A DNA stretch of 49,876 nt, from positions 31,698 to 81,573 of the forward strand of contig DIAQ01000064.1 in the NCBI GenBank assembly GCA_002414865.1, given 5' to 3'. Within the stretch, counting starts at the first letter, position 1, and the number at the start of each line of letters is the position of its first letter. Below are positions 45,709 to 49,876 of this stretch, one piece after another. The translations under genes were made by a program, and so were the position numbers. This DNA comes from a candidate division Hyd24-12 bacterium UBA5074. Its GTDB lineage: Bacteria > Fermentibacterota > Fermentibacteria > Fermentibacterales > Fermentibacteraceae. Under the pieces are notes generated by a model that was given only the letters and a program-made list of their open reading frames with translations, made no database searches and was not told the DNA's origin.

Positions 45709-47888
45709 GCATCCTCGCCATCCTGGCGGTCCTGGCCCAGGCCGATACGGCAGATTCGCTCCAGCAGTCCATGGAGGTGATCGCCTATTCGGCCGATTCC
45801 ATCGTCCTGACCGTGGAGACGCGCGATATCGTGCTCGTCGGCTCCTCCCGGATCGACTACCGCGACATGGCCCTGGAGGCCGACACGGTCCACTACGAGC
45901 CCTCAGTGGAGACCGTGCGCGCCTCCGGCTCACCCGAGCTCTTCGACAGGGGCGAATCCATACGCGGCAGCAGGATGTTCTACAGTCTGAGAACGCGCAG
46001 GGGCAGGATAGAAGCTGCCGATTCCCGATACGAGTTCGGCTACTACAGCGGCAGCTCCATCACGCAGGTGGGTCCCCGGGAGTTCAACATCACCGACGCC
46101 CGTTTCACGACCTGCGAGAACGACTCCGAGCCTGACTACTACATCAGGAGCCCGCGGATGAAGGTGTTCCAGAACGAGCGAGCGGTCGCCAGGCCTGCAT
46201 ACCTCTACATCTCGGACACCCCTGTCTTCTACATCCCCTTCGGGGTGTTCCCGCTGAGGCAGGGAAGGCAGTCGGGGTTCACCATCCCCAGGTTCGGGCA
46301 GACCTCCAGGGACGGCAGGTACCTGAGGGGCTTCGGATACTACTTCGCCTTCTCGGACTACATCGACCTCCTGGTGGACGGGGACATAATGGAGAGGACC
46401 CGCTTCGCAGCCTCGGTGGAGGAGAGGCACGCGCTCCGTTACGTCCACTCGGGCAGGACCGTCATGGAGTGGAGGCGCGAGTTCCAGACCCACCTCGACA
46501 GGTGGCGCCTCTTCGGGGAGCACCTGCATGACCTTGCGGACGGGACTACTGTCAGGCTGCGCGGCGAGTTCCTGAGCGACAGGAGCTACCTGGCGGACAC
46601 CCACGAGGACCCCTACGACCGCATGGAGAAGGAGATCAGGTCCTGGGCGAGCGTCAACCGCATGCTCGGGAGGGCCTCGGTGCAGCTGGTCCTCGACCGG
46701 ACCCAGTACCTGGGCACCGATCCTGACAGCATCGCCGACGAGCTGGAGATAGCTCAGAGCCTTCCCGACCTGAGGGTCAGCCTGCCCTCCTCCCCCGTCT
46801 TCGGCACTCCCTCGGACCCGACGCGGCGCACCTTCTGGAACACGCTCTACTGGAACCTCTCCTCGCACTACATCGCGCTGGACAACCGCAGGGAGGAGAC
46901 CCGGACTACGCATTCCGGGCTTCGCACGGTCTCGGAGCTGACCGCATCGAACAGGCTCTGGGGGATCCTGAGCCTGTCGCCGCACGTGTCCGCGACGATG
47001 ACGGTCTACGACAGGGACAGATCGGGGAACTCCCTCCCATGGTGGATCTCGGGCGCCGCCGGGATAACCGCCCAGACGGACCTGTATGGAGTCTTCCAGA
47101 CCGGACTCCTGGGATACTCCGCGCTCAGGCACACGATCACGCCTGGCATCTCCTTCGGGTACGTCCCGGGCACTTTCCTGTCATCCCGCGAAGATGGAGG
47201 ATTCGGCACGGCTTCCGCCGATTCCGCGGAGGAGAGGTATTACAGCTTCTCCGACCTGTCTCTCCCCTCCGCGGTCGAGCGGCTCACCTTCTCCCTGTTC
47301 CAGAGGCTCGAGGGCCGCAGGGTCGATGGGGACATGGTGGAGAGGGCGGATCTCGCCACTCTGGAGATATCGACGACGGCCGACCTGGGGCGGAGCGACT
47401 CCGTCTTCACTCCTCTGACCGCCTCGCTCACCCTGGCTCCCTTCGATCAGCTCTCCATGTCCACCGACGCCGCCTGGGACTTCAATTCGAGCCGGATGGA
47501 GGAGGTCGACTTCACAACCACCCTGAGGCTCGTCGGAAGCGATCCCACGCTCCTCCCGGACACCATCCCGGCTTCGGCCGGCATGCCGTGGCGACTTTCG
47601 CTGTCGCATTACTACCGTCTCGGCATCGGCGATGCCGGAGACCTCAGCAAGCTCAGGGCGAGCGCCGCGCTGTCCCTGACGCCGTCCTGGTCCATCGAGT
47701 ACGGCTCCTACTACGACCTCCTGGAGTCGTCCTTCATCACGCAGACCTACACTCTCAGGCGCGACCTGCACTGCTGGGAGGCCATCTTCACGCGGCACAT
47801 CTCGGACGCCGACACCGGCTTCTACTTCAGGATCAACATCAAGGAGCTTCCCGACATCAAGATCGAACAGCATGTCAGCCAGTTCTGA
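45705..47888 (+). CDS. lptD: LPS assembly protein LptD-like outer-membrane protein
   Basis: YSADSI, ARFTTC, PVFYIPF..FP...RQSGFTIP.FG, RDLHCWE...FRINIK; ATGA overlap. Confidence 0.85.
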   Translation: MSILAILAVLAQADTADSLQQSMEVIAYSADSIVLTVETRDIVLVGSSRIDYRDMALEADTVHYEPSVETVRASGSPELFDRGESIRGSRMFYSLRTRRGRIEAADSRYEFGYYSGSSITQVGPREFNITDARFTTCENDSEPDYYIRSPRMKVFQNERAVARPAYLYISDTPVFYIPFGVFPLRQGRQSGFTIPRFGQTSRDGRYLRGFGYYFAFSDYIDLLVDGDIMERTRFAASVEERHALRYVHSGRTVMEWRREFQTHLDRWRLFGEHLHDLADGTTVRLRGEFLSDRSYLADTHEDPYDRMEKEIRSWASVNRMLGRASVQLVLDRTQYLGTDPDSIADELEIAQSLPDLRVSLPSSPVFGTPSDPTRRTFWNTLYWNLSSHYIALDNRREETRTTHSGLRTVSELTASNRLWGILSLSPHVSATMTVYDRDRSGNSLPWWISGAAGITAQTDLYGVFQTGLLGYSALRHTITPGISFGYVPGTFLSSREDGGFGTASADSAEERYYSFSDLSLPSAVERLTFSLFQRLEGRRVDGDMVERADLATLEISTTADLGRSDSVFTPLTASLTLAPFDQLSMSTDAAWDFNSSRMEEVDFTTTLRLVGSDPTLLPDTIPASAGMPWRLSLSHYYRLGIGDAGDLSKLRASAALSLTPSWSIEYGSYYDLLESSFITQTYTLRRDLHCWEAIFTRHISDADTGFYFRINIKELPDIKIEQHVSQF

Positions 47889-47910
47889 ACCCGGAAGGAA
47901 GGAATCCGTC

Positions 47911-48411
47911 ATGGAAGGGAAGGACCTCGAGATAATCAAGGGGGCCATACTGCTCGAGCGGAAGGGCAGGGCCCTGTACTCCACGACCGCCGCCGGGGCG
48001 TCATCCCCGGCACTGAGGCAGCTCTTCGAGACTCTGGCCGAGGAGGAGGAGAAGCATCAGGCCTGGCTCGAGAGGAGCTATGTCGAGCTGGCGACCGAAG
48101 GGCGCGCCAGCGGTCTCGGGCCCGCGGGGGAGGTTCCCGGGACCGTCATCCCCTCGCTGATCGAAGCCGTGAAAGCCCAGATCGGTGCGGCCTCGAACGA
48201 GGCGGCAGCCATCTCGGCCGCGATGGCCCTGGAACAGGGAGCCGTCGCGTTCTACTCGGCGGGGGCGAGGGATGCTTCAGATCCGGAATCCAGGAAGCTG
48301 TTCGCGCTCCTCTCAGGGTGGGAGGGAACGCATCTCGAGATGCTCGCGGCCCTGGATGAGGAGTTGAGGAAGTCGATCTGGTTCGACAACTCGTTCTGGC
48401 CGAGCATCTAG
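47911..48411 (+). CDS. Ferritin-like / rubrerythrin family protein
   Basis: AILLERKG..LY, LAEEEEKH, AMALEQ...FY, LSGWEGTH, FWP. Confidence 0.85.
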   Translation: MEGKDLEIIKGAILLERKGRALYSTTAAGASSPALRQLFETLAEEEEKHQAWLERSYVELATEGRASGLGPAGEVPGTVIPSLIEAVKAQIGAASNEAAAISAAMALEQGAVAFYSAGARDASDPESRKLFALLSGWEGTHLEMLAALDEELRKSIWFDNSFWPSI

Positions 48412-48521
48412 TTTGGCGTCTTCGCGAGCATTTTGTCTTTTTATGTTTTCTTGTTATGAAAGATATGGTCGAGAGTGCTGTCGAAGGCCGATACAGTCAA
48501 TTCCGACGCATGGCTGGACGC

Positions 48522-48550
48522 TTGACATGAGCGTTTATGACGCCTACACT
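48522..48550 (+). promoter_or_regulatory. Sigma70 promoter of the HU gene
   Basis: TTGACA-N17-TACACT with an AT-rich tract further upstream. Confidence 0.8.
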
Positions 48551-48582
48551 ACCGGCAAGGTCGGTGGAAAGGGGGTGACTCG

Positions 48583-48891
48583 GTGACCAAGAAGGATCTG
48601 GTTGCGCACGTTGCCGCTCACGCCAGTCTTACCAAGAAGCAGGCTGGAATGGCGGTTGATGCCTTCCTCGATGGACTCAGCGGAGCCATCGCGGAGAAGG
48701 AGGGGAAGGTCAGCCTCGTCGGCTTCGGGACTTTCTCGAACAAGACCAGGGCTGCCCGAACCGGTGTCGATCCCAAGACTCACGCCCGGAAGACTTATCC
48801 GGCGAAGAGGGTTCCTCACTTCAAGGCTGGCAAGACCCTGAAGGAGCTCGTCGAGAAGGGCCCCAGGAGACCAGCGGCCAAGAAGCACTAG
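48583..48891 (+). CDS. hup: HU family DNA-binding protein
   Basis: MTKKDLV...VSLVGFGTF...AARTGVDPKT...P.FKAGKTLKE. Confidence 0.93.
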   Translation: MTKKDLVAHVAAHASLTKKQAGMAVDAFLDGLSGAIAEKEGKVSLVGFGTFSNKTRAARTGVDPKTHARKTYPAKRVPHFKAGKTLKELVEKGPRRPAAKKH

Positions 48892-48897
48892 AAGTGC

Positions 48898-48937
48898 AGC
48901 GGGGGGGGCGGGAATCCTGTCCCCCCCGCTTTGCTTT
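48898..48937 (+). terminator. Intrinsic terminator after hup
   Basis: AGCGGGGGGG...CCCCCCCGCT stem followed by TTGCTTT. Confidence 0.75.
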
Positions 48938-48949
48938 ACCCATCGAATC

Positions 48950-49744
48950 ATGCCTTCCGGAGCAGCGGTCATAATCGTAAGCTACAACAGTGCCTCCACT
49001 CTCGGAGACACTCTCGATTCGCTGCTCTCGCTCGAGGCCTACGAGCGTCCTGCCGAGATAATCCTGTTCGACAACTGCTCCCGCGATACGAGCGCGGAGG
49101 TGGGCGAGTCCCGATCAGGCGTGAGGGTCATCAGGAGCGGGCGGAACCTTGGTCTCGCAGCCGCGGCGACCGAGGCATCGTCCATCTCCCGTCAACCCAG
49201 GCTTCTGCTCCTGAACCCCGATGTCCTCGTCCAGCAGGGCTCTATCGCCGCTCTCCTGGAATTCGAGGAGCTGCACCAGGACGCCGGTGTCGCAGGACCG
49301 GCGATGTACTCTCCCGAGGGTGAATTCCAGCCCACCGCGCGCACATTCCCCACCCTGCTCGACATCGCGGGGCGCAGGACGCCGCTGGGCAGGCTCCCCT
49401 CCATCCACAAGCGCGTGGTGAGGCACCTGGGGCTCTGCCCGTCCGTCGATCCGATCGCGGCCGACTGGCTGGTCGGCGCAGCCATCTGGCTCACGAGGAA
49501 GGGCCGGACGGCTCTCGGAGGGTTCTCGCCGCGCTACTTCCTCTACTTCGAGGACGTGGACCTCTGCTGGAGGTCATGGGAGGCGGGCCTGGGAGTCTGG
49601 TGGGTGCCACAGGCCCGAGTGACCCATGTCTGCAGGCGCGAGAGCGCGGGAAAGCCCGGGAAGGCCCTTTGGATGCATCTGAGGAGCATGTGTAGATTCT
49701 ACCTGGACCACCCACGGGCGGCTTTCGGCCGGGAGACTCGATGA
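48950..49744 (+). CDS. Glycosyltransferase family 2 (WbbL/rhamnosyltransferase-like)
   Basis: IIVSYNS, FDNCSRD, NLGLAAA, LLLNPD, DWLVGA, YFLYFEDVDLCWR. Confidence 0.92.
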   Translation: MPSGAAVIIVSYNSASTLGDTLDSLLSLEAYERPAEIILFDNCSRDTSAEVGESRSGVRVIRSGRNLGLAAAATEASSISRQPRLLLLNPDVLVQQGSIAALLEFEELHQDAGVAGPAMYSPEGEFQPTARTFPTLLDIAGRRTPLGRLPSIHKRVVRHLGLCPSVDPIAADWLVGAAIWLTRKGRTALGGFSPRYFLYFEDVDLCWRSWEAGLGVWWVPQARVTHVCRRESAGKPGKALWMHLRSMCRFYLDHPRAAFGRETR

Positions 49745-49876
49745 CTCGACGGCGCAGCGCACTTGCCTCTCTTGCGATACCCGCAGGCGATTTCCTGCTC
49801 ATCGTCGGCGTCTTCCTCCTGGGATACTGGATAAGGCACTTCGCGATTCCCGCCATCCTGCCCGGCCTGTTCGGGC
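49741..49876 (+). CDS. Probable sugar transferase (polyprenyl-phosphate glycosylphosphotransferase) N-terminus, truncated at the window edge
   Basis: ATGA overlap; MTRRRSALASLAIPAGDFLLIVGVFLLGYWIRH resembles the D...L.YW.R first TM helix of WcaJ-type proteins. Confidence 0.45.
   Translation, partial: MTRRRSALASLAIPAGDFLLIVGVFLLGYWIRHFAIPAILPGLFG

Noticed and set aside
48412-48480. AT-rich tract in GC-rich DNA, possible foreign DNA or insertion scar
   Set aside because: Short, lies upstream of the strong hup promoter, and has no repeats or integrase; consistent with an ordinary regulatory region.
1-49876. CRISPR arrays, tRNA/rRNA genes, IS elements, prophage or defence genes
   Set aside because: No regularly spaced direct repeats, cloverleafs, transposase/integrase or phage motifs were seen; intergenic gaps are short and mostly explained by promoters and terminators.

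Overview
This is a gene-dense, high-GC chromosomal window from a diderm, probably anaerobic bacterium. It encodes LptD, ADP-heptose enzymes, an Omp85-family protein and Fe-S reductases. The PorU/PorV content and a C-terminal 'TWGxIK' motif suggest a non-Bacteroidota member of the FCB superphylum such as Fermentibacterota (inference only). Left to right: (1) an ArsR-methyltransferase (SahR-like) plus ahcY operon, with a consensus sigma70 promoter overlapped by a palindromic operator; (2) a ~15.5-kb, tightly coupled 9-gene minus-strand operon (divIVA, porU, porV, M6 protease with CTD, DUF5683-like protein, zincin protease with CTD, beta-propeller, a 1034-aa SprA-reminiscent outer-membrane protein, and an Omp85/POTRA protein) that looks like a self-contained T9SS-like secretion/anchoring system; (3) yggS and a secreted protein ending in LERTTWGAIKTIF; (4) an operon of a SAM methyltransferase, three 2-hydroxyacyl-CoA dehydratase/double-cubane-type modules, an ATP-dependent activase and a PPIase-like protein, behind a ~270-nt structured leader; (5) comM, convergent with the ffh-rpsP-khpA-rimM-trmD-rplS-rnhB-yraN cluster; (6) rfaE1-rfaE2-GT/TPR-nifU-rsmB-PASTA-rpe; (7) DUF3467, a YbbR-like protein, a pilin-like protein, rpoZ, a PPIase lipoprotein, an LpoA-like lipoprotein, a ROK kinase, lptD, a ferritin-like protein, HU, a GT2 and the start of a probable sugar transferase. 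I saw no mobile elements, CRISPR arrays, tRNA or rRNA genes. All calls come from motif recognition by eye; no database searches were run.
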